Shown here in pieces: positions 39,320 through 48,716 of a DNA stretch of 64,000 nt; the first letter of the stretch is position 1, and each line of letters opens with the position of its first letter. The position numbers and the translations under genes are program-made. Origin of the DNA: Alphaproteobacteria bacterium (lineage in GTDB: Bacteria; Pseudomonadota; Alphaproteobacteria; MPNO01; UBA830); NCBI GenBank assembly GCA_038146925.1, contig JAYQSP010000011.1, forward strand, positions 170,888-234,887, given 5' to 3'. Below the pieces are notes generated by a model, which worked only from the letters and a program-made list of their open reading frames with translations, made no database searches and was not told the origin of the DNA.

Positions 39320-40200
39320 GCCGATTTCTCCTCTGCCGCTGCCCGGCGGGCGCGTCCCTCGCGATAAACGATATAATAGGATGCGGCAAAGATCACCGCC
39401 GCGCCGATCCATGTCCAGAGATCGGGCAGTTCGGAAAACATGATCCATCCGATGGCGGCAGCGAAAACCATGCGCGAAAACTGAAAGGGCTGGACGATCC
39501 GCGCATCCGCGGCCGAAACCGAGCGGGTAAAACAGTAGCCGCCGATACTGCTGATGACCCCGATCCCGATCACCAGCGGCCACTGCGCCGCCGTCGGCGT
39601 CACCCACAGGAACAGGGTGGGAATCAGCGCCAGCGGCAGCATCCCGAAATTGGTCCACAGCGTGATGACCTCCGGATTGTCGCGGCGGGCCAGAATCTTG
39701 ATCGTGGTGTTCGACCCGGCATGCATCAACGCGGTCGAAAGGGCCGCCATCGACGCCAGCGTGATCTCGATGATGCCCGGCCGCATCACGATCAGCGTCC
39801 CCATGAACCCGACGAAGCAGGCTGCCCAGCTGTGTATGTCCGCGTGCTGCTTGAGCACGATCACGGCGAGCAGGATGGTGAACAGCGGGATGGTGTATTG
39901 CAGCGCGTATACATCCGCGATCGGCATGCGGGCGAGCGCGTAGAACAGAAACACCATCGCCGTGTAGGCGAACAGAACCCGGAGGACATAGACCGGAATC
40001 TGCGATTTCGACGGCAGCCCCACCCCTTGTCGAACGACGATGGGAACCAGAACGATCAGAGCGATGACGTTTCGGAAAAAGACCAGTTCCATTGTCGGAA
40101 TCTGTCCGGCGAGTTCGCGCACCATTCCACCGGAAACCGAACTGATCAACGTCGCCATGCACATCCAGAATATGCCGGCGGCGGGGCCGGATTTGAGCAC
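39316..40200 (-). CDS. DMT-superfamily (EamA) transporter
   Basis: 294 aa with a 10-TM EamA duplication; its stop overlaps the aminoacylase start. Confidence 0.85.
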   Translation of the reverse strand: MLKSGPAAGIFWMCMATLISSVSGGMVRELAGQIPTMELVFFRNVIALIVLVPIVVRQGVGLPSKSQIPVYVLRVLFAYTAMVFLFYALARMPIADVYALQYTIPLFTILLAVIVLKQHADIHSWAACFVGFMGTLIVMRPGIIEITLASMAALSTALMHAGSNTTIKILARRDNPEVITLWTNFGMLPLALIPTLFLWVTPTAAQWPLVIGIGVISSIGGYCFTRSVSAADARIVQPFQFSRMVFAAAIGWIMFSELPDLWTWIGAAVIFAASYYIVYREGRARRAAAEEKSA

Positions 40201-40415
40201 GCGGAACCTCTTCGTGGAAATAGAACCGACTTATTCTAGCGGATGCAACGTGGCGGCGCGAACAGGCCCTTCTCCGGTGTCGTTCCAGCGTGCCCTGCTT
40301 GCGGTCGGATTCGGATTCGGGCATGTTCCCGCGAAGCAAAAAGCGCTGAATACCGGGTAAAACCGTCTTTCGGCACCGTCTGGCTGTTCGCATTCATTGA
40401 TCGGGAATTATCGCA

Positions 40416-41648
40416 TTGGCTAAAAAAGATTTAGCCCTGCTTACGCTGCAGTCTCTCGTCTATCTTCCCGTACTGATTTTGTTGCCGAAGAGTACGGTGA
40501 TCGTACTCGCGATTACTGTCGTGTCCGGCCTGTTCTATGTGCGATCGCGCCCCGAACTCAAACCGCTGACCCTGTGGATCATGCTGCTCCTCATCGGTGC
40601 GTTGAGCGCCGCGTGGTCCATTACACCGGAGCAATCGCTGGAACGTGCCGGGAAGTTCGCCCTGTTTCTGATCTTGTTGGGCGGGCTGATGCACGTCGTC
40701 GGCCGATGGACCGATGGCGACCGCCGCTATCTCGCGGATCTGGGGCTCAAAGCCTGGTGGATTGCCCTCGCCATCATGTTGCCGCTGATAATATTCGAGA
40801 GCGACCTGAAGGCGGCGCTCATGTCGGCAAACCCGAACCAGACGATGAAAGACTTCATTGTCAGCTGGAAACCGATCCCCAACACTGCGGTGATCCTTCT
40901 GGTCGTGACAGCGTTTCCGGCGTTGGGACATGCTTTGTCGGTCGGGCGGGCCAAATTCCATGTCCTGATTTCCGTGATCGGACTTCTGGTGGCGGCGCTT
41001 GCTTCGGGCAGCAGCAGCGCCTTGCTCGGACTTGTAACAGGCCTTTGTGTCTGGTTTTTCTATGTTCGGTCCGCCCGGGTAACCGCCAAAATCCTGACCG
41101 TCGCGCTGCCGCTTGCGCTGCTGACCATGCCAGCGCTGGTATACCCGCTGGCAAAAAATCCCGAGACGATCGCGCGCAGTATTCCGAATTTTCCGAATTC
41201 GTTTATCCACCGGCTGCTGATCTGGGACTTCACGCTGGACAGAATTGCGGAGCGCCCGTTGCTGGGCTGGGGGCTTGATACGTCGCGCGCCATCCCGGGA
41301 GGCAAGGAACTTCGCCCTATTCACTACGTCGTACCCTGGTCGGACAAACCCATTACCCACCCGGATCAGAATCTGCCCCTTCATCCGCACAATGCTGTGC
41401 TTCAGATCTGGCTCGAACTCGGATTGCTCGGCATTGTTTTTACGATGATCGCGGTTTGGAGACTTCTGAAAACCCAGCTGGTTTCCCGGGGCGGCGGTCC
41501 GATGGCCGCTTTTATCGTTTGTTCGATGGCAATTTATTGTGTCGCCCACGGTTTGATGCAATCGTGGTGGTTGGCGCTGCTTTTCCTTGCCTGGGCGATG
41601 GCGAGAGCGGCCGAACCGACCGAAACGCAACCGATAACTGACCGGTAA
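40416..41648 (+). CDS. O-antigen ligase/polymerase family membrane protein (Wzy_C domain); TTG start; GC content visibly lower than its neighbours
   Basis: HPHNAVLQIWLELGLLG Wzy_C signature, polytopic. Confidence 0.7.
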   Translation: MAKKDLALLTLQSLVYLPVLILLPKSTVIVLAITVVSGLFYVRSRPELKPLTLWIMLLLIGALSAAWSITPEQSLERAGKFALFLILLGGLMHVVGRWTDGDRRYLADLGLKAWWIALAIMLPLIIFESDLKAALMSANPNQTMKDFIVSWKPIPNTAVILLVVTAFPALGHALSVGRAKFHVLISVIGLLVAALASGSSSALLGLVTGLCVWFFYVRSARVTAKILTVALPLALLTMPALVYPLAKNPETIARSIPNFPNSFIHRLLIWDFTLDRIAERPLLGWGLDTSRAIPGGKELRPIHYVVPWSDKPITHPDQNLPLHPHNAVLQIWLELGLLGIVFTMIAVWRLLKTQLVSRGGGPMAAFIVCSMAIYCVAHGLMQSWWLALLFLAWAMARAAEPTETQPITDR

Positions 41649-41651
41649 CCC

Positions 41652-42593
41652 ATGGCCAACATCCATTATAGCGTGCCCGAAAAAAAGGCGGTTCGGGATT
41701 TTCTGCTGAAGCACAATCCCCGCGTTTACGAATGGTATCAGGTCAGGCGCTGGAAAATAAAGGACTGGCTGTGGTGGGCCCTGCAAAAGGAAACCTTCGA
41801 AAAACTGGTCAGCCAGGCCGATAAGCCGACCCACATCTAGATAGAAACCGTCAACCGGTGCAACAGCACCTGTTCGTTCTGTCCGGTGAACCGGCTGATC
41901 GATCCGCGCGACGGCGCCCGGATGACCGAGGAAACCTATCGCGGCATCATCGACGAGCTTCGCGAATGGAACTACACCGGCACGCTGAACCTGTTCTCCA
42001 ACAACGAGCCGTTCCTCGACAAACGGATCATCGAATTCGTCAATATCGCCCGCGAAAACCTGCCGGATGCCTATATCCAGATCATCACGAACGGAACGCT
42101 GCTGACCCCGGAAAAGGCGGTCGGCGCGCTCGAAAACCTGTCCAACATGGTGATCAACAACTATGCGCCGGAACAGGTTCTGCACAAGAATATCCAGGAG
42201 GTCGTCGCATATCTGGAGGCTGAGCGGCCCGACCTCGCGGCCAAGGTAACCGTCGGCTATCGCAGCACGGAAGAGGTCAAGACCAACCGTGCCGGCAACG
42301 CCCCGAACAGGAAGCAGCTTCCCACCATTTTCAGAAGCCGTTGCGCCTATCCGTTTTTCCAGATGGTCGTGCGGCCCGACGGCAGGGTCAGTCTGTGCTG
42401 CAACGATGCGCTGGGCCAGGAAACCCTCGGCGACGTAACCGCCAGGGGGCTGCGGGCCGCCTGGCACGATCCCGCGCGTAAGGAAATCCAGGAATTGATG
42501 AAAGCCGGTCGGCACAAAATCGATCTGTGCGCGACCTGCGACAATCTCGGCTGGGCGCGGCCGCGGCGGATTGCCCGGCTCGTGAACGGATAG
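41652..42593 (+). pseudogene. radical SAM / SPASM-like Fe-S protein interrupted by an in-frame TAG at 41838-41840, immediately before the CX3CX2C motif (IETVNRCNSTCSFCP)
   Basis: The 62-aa N-terminal ORF and the 235-aa ORF share one frame; a C-terminal Cys-rich auxiliary-cluster region (CC...C..C) follows. Confidence 0.7.
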
Positions 42594-42676
42594 AACAATA
42601 ACCGTACGGAAGAACCGGCGGATAATGCCATTGGCGCTTAGCGCGGCGCAGCCGACGTGCTATACGCTCGCCCGAC

Positions 42677-44365
42677 ATGAGCAACGATATGACAGACACT
42701 GATGATGGGCCCGTCCGCGATTTCATTCGCGATCGTATTCGCGAAGATTTGGACAATGGCGCCATAGAAGAGGTCGTTACCCGGTTTCCGCCCGAGCCGA
42801 ACGGCTATCTTCACATCGGTCACGCCAAATCGATCTGTCTGAATTTCGGGGTCGCCCGTGAATTCGACGGGCGCTGCAATCTGCGCTTCGACGACACCAA
42901 CCCGGCGAAAGAAGATCAGGAGTTCATCGATGCCATTCAGGCGGATGTGGAATGGCTGGATGTCGGTTGGGACGGCCAGGTCAAATACGCGTCCGACAAC
43001 TTCGAACAGCTTTATCTGTGGGCGGAGCATCTGATCGGCGAGGGAAAAGCGTATGTCGACGATCTGAACGCGGAAGAAATGCGCGAATATCGGGGCACGC
43101 TGACCGAGCCGGGACGGAACAGCCCCCATCGTGACCGCCCGGTGGATGAAAACCTCGATCTGTTCCGGCGGATGCGGGCGGGCGAGTTCGAAGACGGCGC
43201 CCGTGTGCTCAGGGCGAAAATCGATATGTCGGCCGGCAATATCAATCTGCGCGATCCGGTGTTGTACAGAATCGTCCGCGCGCCGCATCCGCGGACCGGG
43301 GACGACTGGTGCATCTATCCGACCTATGATTTCGCGCATGGTCAGACCGACGCGATCGAGGGAATTACCCATTCGCTGTGCACGCTGGAATTCGAGGATC
43401 ATCGCCCGCTTTACGACTGGCTGATCGAGAATCTGCCGGTCCCGGCGCGGCCGCGGCAGTATGAATTTTCACGCCTGAACATGACTCACACGGTGCTGTC
43501 CAAACGCCGGCTGACGCAACTGGTCGACGAAGGCCATGTATCCGGCTGGGACGATCCGCGCATGCCGACCGTGTCCGGATTGCGGCGGCGCGGCGTGCCG
43601 GCATCGGCGATCCGCGATTTCATCGGTCGCCTGGCGATATCCAAAAGCGAAGGCACAGTCGAAGCGGCGATGCTCGAACACTGCATCCGCGATCCGCTGA
43701 ACGACAGCGCGCTGCGCCGCATGGCGGTGCTGCGACCGCTGAAGGTCGTGATCGAGAACTACCCCGAAGGACAGTTCGAGGAACTGGAGGCCGCCAACAA
43801 TCCGCGCGACGAGACCGCCGGGACGCGCATGGTGCCGTTCGGCCGGGAAATCTGGATAGAGCGGGACGATTTCATGGAAGACGCGCCGAAAAAGTTCTTC
43901 CGGCTTAGCCCGGGCCGCGAAGTCCGCCTGCGGTCGGCCTATTTCATCACCTGTACTGACGTGATCAAGAACGATGCCGGCGACGTAACAGAGCTGCGCT
44001 GCACTTACGACCCGGAAACCCGGGGCGGCGATGCCCCCGATGGTCGCAAGGTGAAAGGAACGCTGCACTGGGTATCCGCGGCGCACGCGATGGACGCCGA
44101 GGTCCGGCTCTACAGTCCGTTGTTTCAGGATGAAAACCCCGGCGCCGCCGAGGATTTTCTTTCCACACTCAATCCCGAATCGCTCGAAGTGCTGACCGGT
44201 TGCAAGCTGGAACCGATGCTGGCCGATGTAGAGGACGGACAGGTCGTCCAGTTCGAACGTCTGGGCTATTTCTGCACCGATCCCGACAGCACGCTCGATG
44301 CACCGGTGTTCAACCGGACCGTCGGCTTGCGGGATTCCTTCGCCAAGGCCATGGCGAAAGGCTGA
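42677..44365 (+). CDS. glnS: glutaminyl-tRNA synthetase
   Basis: 562 aa with class I HIGH (HIGHAKS) and MSK-like (VLSKR) motifs. Confidence 0.95.
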   Translation: MSNDMTDTDDGPVRDFIRDRIREDLDNGAIEEVVTRFPPEPNGYLHIGHAKSICLNFGVAREFDGRCNLRFDDTNPAKEDQEFIDAIQADVEWLDVGWDGQVKYASDNFEQLYLWAEHLIGEGKAYVDDLNAEEMREYRGTLTEPGRNSPHRDRPVDENLDLFRRMRAGEFEDGARVLRAKIDMSAGNINLRDPVLYRIVRAPHPRTGDDWCIYPTYDFAHGQTDAIEGITHSLCTLEFEDHRPLYDWLIENLPVPARPRQYEFSRLNMTHTVLSKRRLTQLVDEGHVSGWDDPRMPTVSGLRRRGVPASAIRDFIGRLAISKSEGTVEAAMLEHCIRDPLNDSALRRMAVLRPLKVVIENYPEGQFEELEAANNPRDETAGTRMVPFGREIWIERDDFMEDAPKKFFRLSPGREVRLRSAYFITCTDVIKNDAGDVTELRCTYDPETRGGDAPDGRKVKGTLHWVSAAHAMDAEVRLYSPLFQDENPGAAEDFLSTLNPESLEVLTGCKLEPMLADVEDGQVVQFERLGYFCTDPDSTLDAPVFNRTVGLRDSFAKAMAKG

Positions 44366-44367
44366 AA

Positions 44368-45990
44368 CTATCCCCGCAGCGCGATGAGCTGTTCCCGGTA
44401 TCCGGACGGATCGACGGAGACATCGATCAGGGTCGGCCCTTCGGATTCGAAAGCTTCCGCCAGTGCGAATTCCAGAGGATCCTGCCCGCCAACCGTCCAG
44501 GCATCGCATCCCATTCCGCGGGCAGCGGCGGCAAAATCGGCCCTGGGATACCGGACGCCCAGCGGCGGGCGTTGCTGGCGTTGTTGTTTGATATCGATCA
44601 GAGACAGCGCGGCGTCGTTGAGGACGATAACCGTCAGATTGGCGCCGAGCCGGGCGGCGGTCGACAGCTCCGCCAACGACATCATCATGCCGCCATCGCC
44701 CGTGATCGCGACCGCGGGGCTGGCCGGCTCCTGCAGCCAGCTGGCGAGGGCCGCGGGGACGGCATAGCCCATGGTGGAAAGCCCGTTGGATTTCAAAACG
44801 TCGTGCGGCGCGTTTGCCGGCCACCGGGCCATCGCGGAAAACATGTGCGCGCCGGCATCGACGGCGAGCCGCGCGCCTTTCGGCGCTGCCGCCGCCACCG
44901 CATCGACGATGTCATCGGGCGACCGCTGAGATGTCGCGTTGTTGGCCACCGTGTCGCGCAGGCGGGCTCTGTGCCCATTAATTTCTTCCGGCGTCCAGGC
45001 CGATGAAGGGGGCGATTGCGCAAGGCGGCACGCGCTGTCTTCAACCGGTCCGGCGATTTCCGCGTCGGGCTCGAACGGGAACGCCAGTCGGGGCGTTTCG
45101 GACAGGACGATCGTGGGCGTCGAATGCGGCCATTTTCCCGGGATCATTTCCACCGGATCGACACCGCAGAACACGATCAGGTCGGCTTCCCGCAGGACGG
45201 AATTGTCCAGCATGGCGCCGGTGTAGAGTCCGACATTCAAGGGACCCGACTCCGGCACGATGCCCTTGGCCTTGTATGTCGTCATGACCGGGCCGCAGAT
45301 CGCGTCCGCCAAAGTGTTGGCGGCCTCCGCCCGGCCCCCGATGCGGCATTGAAGCCCCACGATAAGAGCGGGCCGGGTCGCCGATGCCAGCAGTTCGGAA
45401 GCTTTCTGCATCGGATCTGGATCGATTTCGGGCGCGGGGAGAGCCTCCCACGAAACGGCGGCGGCACAATCGGCGCCGGCGTCTTTTGCGGACAGATTGA
45501 TATGTACCGGGCCGGGGGGCTCGGCGGCGGCAAGGTCGAACAGGCGCTCGAAAGATGTCGATCCATCCGGCGGCGTTAGTCTCTGCTGCGCTTTCGATAT
45601 GGGCGCGAACAAAGACGGTTGATCGAAAATCTGATGCGGCGGCGCCGTGGCGGCCTCGTCGTGAGCGTCCGTAAATACGATTACGGGCGCGCGTTCGAGC
45701 GATGCATAGGCAATCCCGTTCACGACGCTGGCCGCACCGGGTCCGATGCCGGTCAGCACGATTCCCGGAACACCGGTCAGTTCGCCGGTGACGGCGGCCA
45801 TGATGGCGGCGGCGGTTTCGGTTCGGCACAGGACGAACTCGATCCCGCGATCGGCGGCCGCGTCGATAAGGTCGAGGCTGGAGCCCCCGCCGGGGACGCC
45901 GAACATGCGTTTTACACCGCGCGCGGAGAGCGTTTCGGCGACGCGTTGGGCGAGAGAAACGGATGGTTTGTTGTGTGTGGTCGTCGTCAT
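44368..45990 (-). CDS. thiamine-pyrophosphate-dependent enzyme (acetolactate-synthase large-subunit-like)
   Basis: 540 aa with N-terminal TPP-pyrimidine, central and C-terminal TPP-binding (GDGG) domains. Confidence 0.8.
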   Translation of the reverse strand: MTTTTHNKPSVSLAQRVAETLSARGVKRMFGVPGGGSSLDLIDAAADRGIEFVLCRTETAAAIMAAVTGELTGVPGIVLTGIGPGAASVVNGIAYASLERAPVIVFTDAHDEAATAPPHQIFDQPSLFAPISKAQQRLTPPDGSTSFERLFDLAAAEPPGPVHINLSAKDAGADCAAAVSWEALPAPEIDPDPMQKASELLASATRPALIVGLQCRIGGRAEAANTLADAICGPVMTTYKAKGIVPESGPLNVGLYTGAMLDNSVLREADLIVFCGVDPVEMIPGKWPHSTPTIVLSETPRLAFPFEPDAEIAGPVEDSACRLAQSPPSSAWTPEEINGHRARLRDTVANNATSQRSPDDIVDAVAAAAPKGARLAVDAGAHMFSAMARWPANAPHDVLKSNGLSTMGYAVPAALASWLQEPASPAVAITGDGGMMMSLAELSTAARLGANLTVIVLNDAALSLIDIKQQRQQRPPLGVRYPRADFAAAARGMGCDAWTVGGQDPLEFALAEAFESEGPTLIDVSVDPSGYREQLIALRG

Positions 45991-46325
45991 TTGCGGTCAA
46001 GGGTACCGGTATTGTGAATGCGCCCGCAAACTCCGAAAAATCGGCCGCCGCGTACGGTTGCCGAACACCCTATTTCGTCTCCAGCGATACGCAAGAGGCG
46101 CGCGAGATCGACGCGCATTGCGGGTTCGCGCGTCTCAGCAAATTCGCGCAGGCCTATAAGGACAGATTCCGCGAATTTCCGTCGCAAAAACTCAAAAACG
46201 CCAAATAATGGCGCTACAGGGATATTCTCTGCCAATATGGGCTGGTCTGATGCGCTGCGAACTGGGAGCCAGAAGTCCGGCGCATCGCAAAAGCGGATGC
46301 CTAACAGACAGATGGAGACGCGATC

Positions 46326-47654
46326 ATGACCTGGACCACCGAACAGCTTGCCGGACTGGTGGAGCCCGACCGGGCGCACCGGAAGGCCTATACCGATCCT
46401 GAAATTTTCGATCTCGAAATGGAGCGCATTTTCGAGCGCACCTGGATTTATATCGGTCATGAAAGCCAGGTCAAAAACCCGGGCGATTACTATCTGGCGC
46501 AGGTCGGACGCCAGCCGGTCATCATGATCCGCGGCCAGGACGGTGAGATACACGTTCTTTACAACCGGTGCCCGCATCGCGGTGCGCAGATCTGCACGGC
46601 GCGTAAAGGCAATACCGGGAATCATTTTTATTGCTCTTACCACGCCTGGACGTTCGAACTGGACGGCAAGCTGGAAGGCATGCCGGCCAAGCGCGAATAC
46701 GAAGGTACCAATCTCGATTTCGACGATCCGGAATTCCACATGGCCCGCCCGGCGCAGGTCGACAATTACCGGGGGTTCTGGTTCGCCAATCTGTCGGAAG
46801 GCGGCCCCGATCTGGCAACCCATCTCGGCGAGTCTGCCGGCGCTTTCGATCAGCTGATTGACCGCGCGCCCGGCAAGGAAACGGAGATCGTCGGCGATTG
46901 CTTCCGCATGGTGCAGCAGTCGAACTGGAAGATATTTCTCGAGAACCAGCTTGATTCGTCGCATCCTGGCGTGACCCATGAATCCACCGGCAAGGCGGCG
47001 CAGAAGCTCGAAGCCAAAATCAGGGCCGATGGCGAAGAACCGCCGATGGAACTTTCGTTCCTGACCGATTTTGCCCGCCTCGGCCATGACGGCTGGACCA
47101 AGTTCGGCACTGTCGGCTATCGCAACGGCCACAGCAGTCTCGAAGGGTATATGGGGCTGCGGCCTGACGATCCGGACACCAACGAATACGTGCGACGCAT
47201 GTACGAAGCCTATGGCGAGGAGAAGGCCGAGGAAATTCTCGCGGTAGATATTCACCACATGATCGTCTATCCGTGCAATTCGGTGCAGCCGCCCCTGCAG
47301 CAGCTGCGGACCATCCGTCCGCTCACGCAGGATAAGACGCTCACCGAAATCTGGCATTTTCGGCTGAAGGATGCGCCGGAACCGATCTATCGCCGGTCGC
47401 TGGCCTATTATTACATGGTCAATTCGCCGTCGACGCTGATCAACGCGGACGATCTGTTTAACTGGTGGAAATGTCAGCACGGGCTGGAATCGTCGGCGAG
47501 CGAGTGGGTGAGCTTCCACCGCAAGGCCGGCCAGGACGAGGTCCGCGACGGAATTTCCTATTCCGCCCCGGAAAGCATGAGCGAACTGCCACTGCGCCAC
47601 ATGATGCATGCCTGGCGCGACTATATGACTGCCGACGCGGGAGCGAAATCATGA
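46326..47654 (+). CDS. Rieske oxygenase alpha subunit (second copy)
   Basis: CPHRG...CSYHAW motif. Confidence 0.9.
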   Translation: MTWTTEQLAGLVEPDRAHRKAYTDPEIFDLEMERIFERTWIYIGHESQVKNPGDYYLAQVGRQPVIMIRGQDGEIHVLYNRCPHRGAQICTARKGNTGNHFYCSYHAWTFELDGKLEGMPAKREYEGTNLDFDDPEFHMARPAQVDNYRGFWFANLSEGGPDLATHLGESAGAFDQLIDRAPGKETEIVGDCFRMVQQSNWKIFLENQLDSSHPGVTHESTGKAAQKLEAKIRADGEEPPMELSFLTDFARLGHDGWTKFGTVGYRNGHSSLEGYMGLRPDDPDTNEYVRRMYEAYGEEKAEEILAVDIHHMIVYPCNSVQPPLQQLRTIRPLTQDKTLTEIWHFRLKDAPEPIYRRSLAYYYMVNSPSTLINADDLFNWWKCQHGLESSASEWVSFHRKAGQDEVRDGISYSAPESMSELPLRHMMHAWRDYMTADAGAKS

Positions 47655-48187
47655 CTGCCGCCTGCGATACCCTGGCCGCGGCCGATGCGACTGCGGTGGC
47701 CGATGTCAGCGTGGAAACCCAGCGCGCCGTCGAACAGTTTCTATACCGTCAGGCCGAGATCCTCGACGAAAGACAGATGGACGACTGGATGGGCCTCTTT
47801 ACCGAAGACGGCTGGTACTGGATGCCGGCCGAGGAAGACCAGACCGAAGGCGACGGCCAGCCCAATATCTTCTGGGAAGATCAGGGGCTGATGATGATGC
47901 GGATCGCCCGCAACACCCATCCGCGGGCACACAGCCAGGCGCCCCACAACCGCCTGAATCACGTCGTGTCCAACGTCATCATCGAAAGCGAGAACGCCGA
48001 CGGCGACGTGATCGTACGGTCGCGTTTCCACTGCGCGGAATATTTTCGGTACGAGATCCGGACATTTTCGGGGAAATACCGGCATCTTCTGAAAAAGACA
48101 CCGGACGGATACAAAATCGCGCTGCAACGGGTCGATCTGGTCAACCGCGAAGGGCCGTACGACTACGTTCTGCAGTGGTGGCTCTAG
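47651..48187 (+). CDS. Rieske oxygenase beta subunit (NTF2-like)
   Basis: 178 aa; ATGA overlap with the alpha subunit. Confidence 0.8.
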   Translation: MTAACDTLAAADATAVADVSVETQRAVEQFLYRQAEILDERQMDDWMGLFTEDGWYWMPAEEDQTEGDGQPNIFWEDQGLMMMRIARNTHPRAHSQAPHNRLNHVVSNVIIESENADGDVIVRSRFHCAEYFRYEIRTFSGKYRHLLKKTPDGYKIALQRVDLVNREGPYDYVLQWWL

Positions 48188-48218
48188 ACTAAACCGACTG
48201 GGCCCGGCGGAACCGGGC

Positions 48219-48674
48219 TCAGTTCACGTTTTCGTATTTTTCGAGACCTTCGATCTCGTCCAGGTTTTCGGCGCGGGCGCGAAGCTCGATCACATTGCGG
48301 TCGGGGTCGCGCACGAATAGCGAGACATGCCCGTCCTGTCCGAACATGACCGGGCCCTGGGTGATGGCGATGCCGTTGTCCTTCAGCACCTGCATGGTGT
48401 CGACGATGGAGGATACGCGCAGCGCGATATGCGTGATGCCGGCATGCTTGGTGTCCACGTCCATCAGGATATTGCTGCCGTCGTTCTCTTCCGCCGCGTT
48501 GACCACCAGGTTGATTTCAACATCCTGCGGATTGCGGATGATGACGACGGGATCGAAATCGACCCGGGTCATGACCTCGAAGCCCAGCACTTCGTAAAAT
48601 GCGATCGCGCGTTCCGCGTCCCTGACCCGGATGCCCGTGTGATCGACGCGCTCCACGTTGATTGCAGCGCTCAT
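48219..48674 (-). CDS. VOC-family (glyoxalase/bleomycin-resistance/extradiol-dioxygenase) protein
   Basis: Paired beta-alpha-beta-beta-beta modules; the ORF could extend to 48716. Confidence 0.7.
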   Translation of the reverse strand: MSAAINVERVDHTGIRVRDAERAIAFYEVLGFEVMTRVDFDPVVIIRNPQDVEINLVVNAAEENDGSNILMDVDTKHAGITHIALRVSSIVDTMQVLKDNGIAITQGPVMFGQDGHVSLFVRDPDRNVIELRARAENLDEIEGLEKYENVN

Positions 48675-48716
48675 GACAGGTTCCTCGCGATTGGCAGCCA
48701 GATCTTCATGCGTCAA

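Noticed and set aside
37703-40393. 896-aa ORF, plus 40431..42515 (694 aa) and 16821..18059 (412 aa) ORFs in the track
   Set aside because: Long open frames in GC-rich DNA that overlap well-supported genes on the other strand or frame. Only the conserved segments (e.g. the 538-aa D-aminoacylase) are called.
11111-41840. Genetic-code reassignment of TAG/TAA as an explanation for the three in-frame stops
   Set aside because: Neighbouring well-conserved genes terminate with TAG (MscS-family gene) and TAA (acyl-CoA dehydrogenase) at the expected protein ends.
35809-42600. Direct repeat of the tRNA-Val 3' end (attR) that would delimit an integrative element
   Set aside because: Scanning by eye for ATCGCCCACCA-like or TTCAATCCCAGC-like copies downstream found none, so the islet is reported only as a candidate and not called a mobile element.
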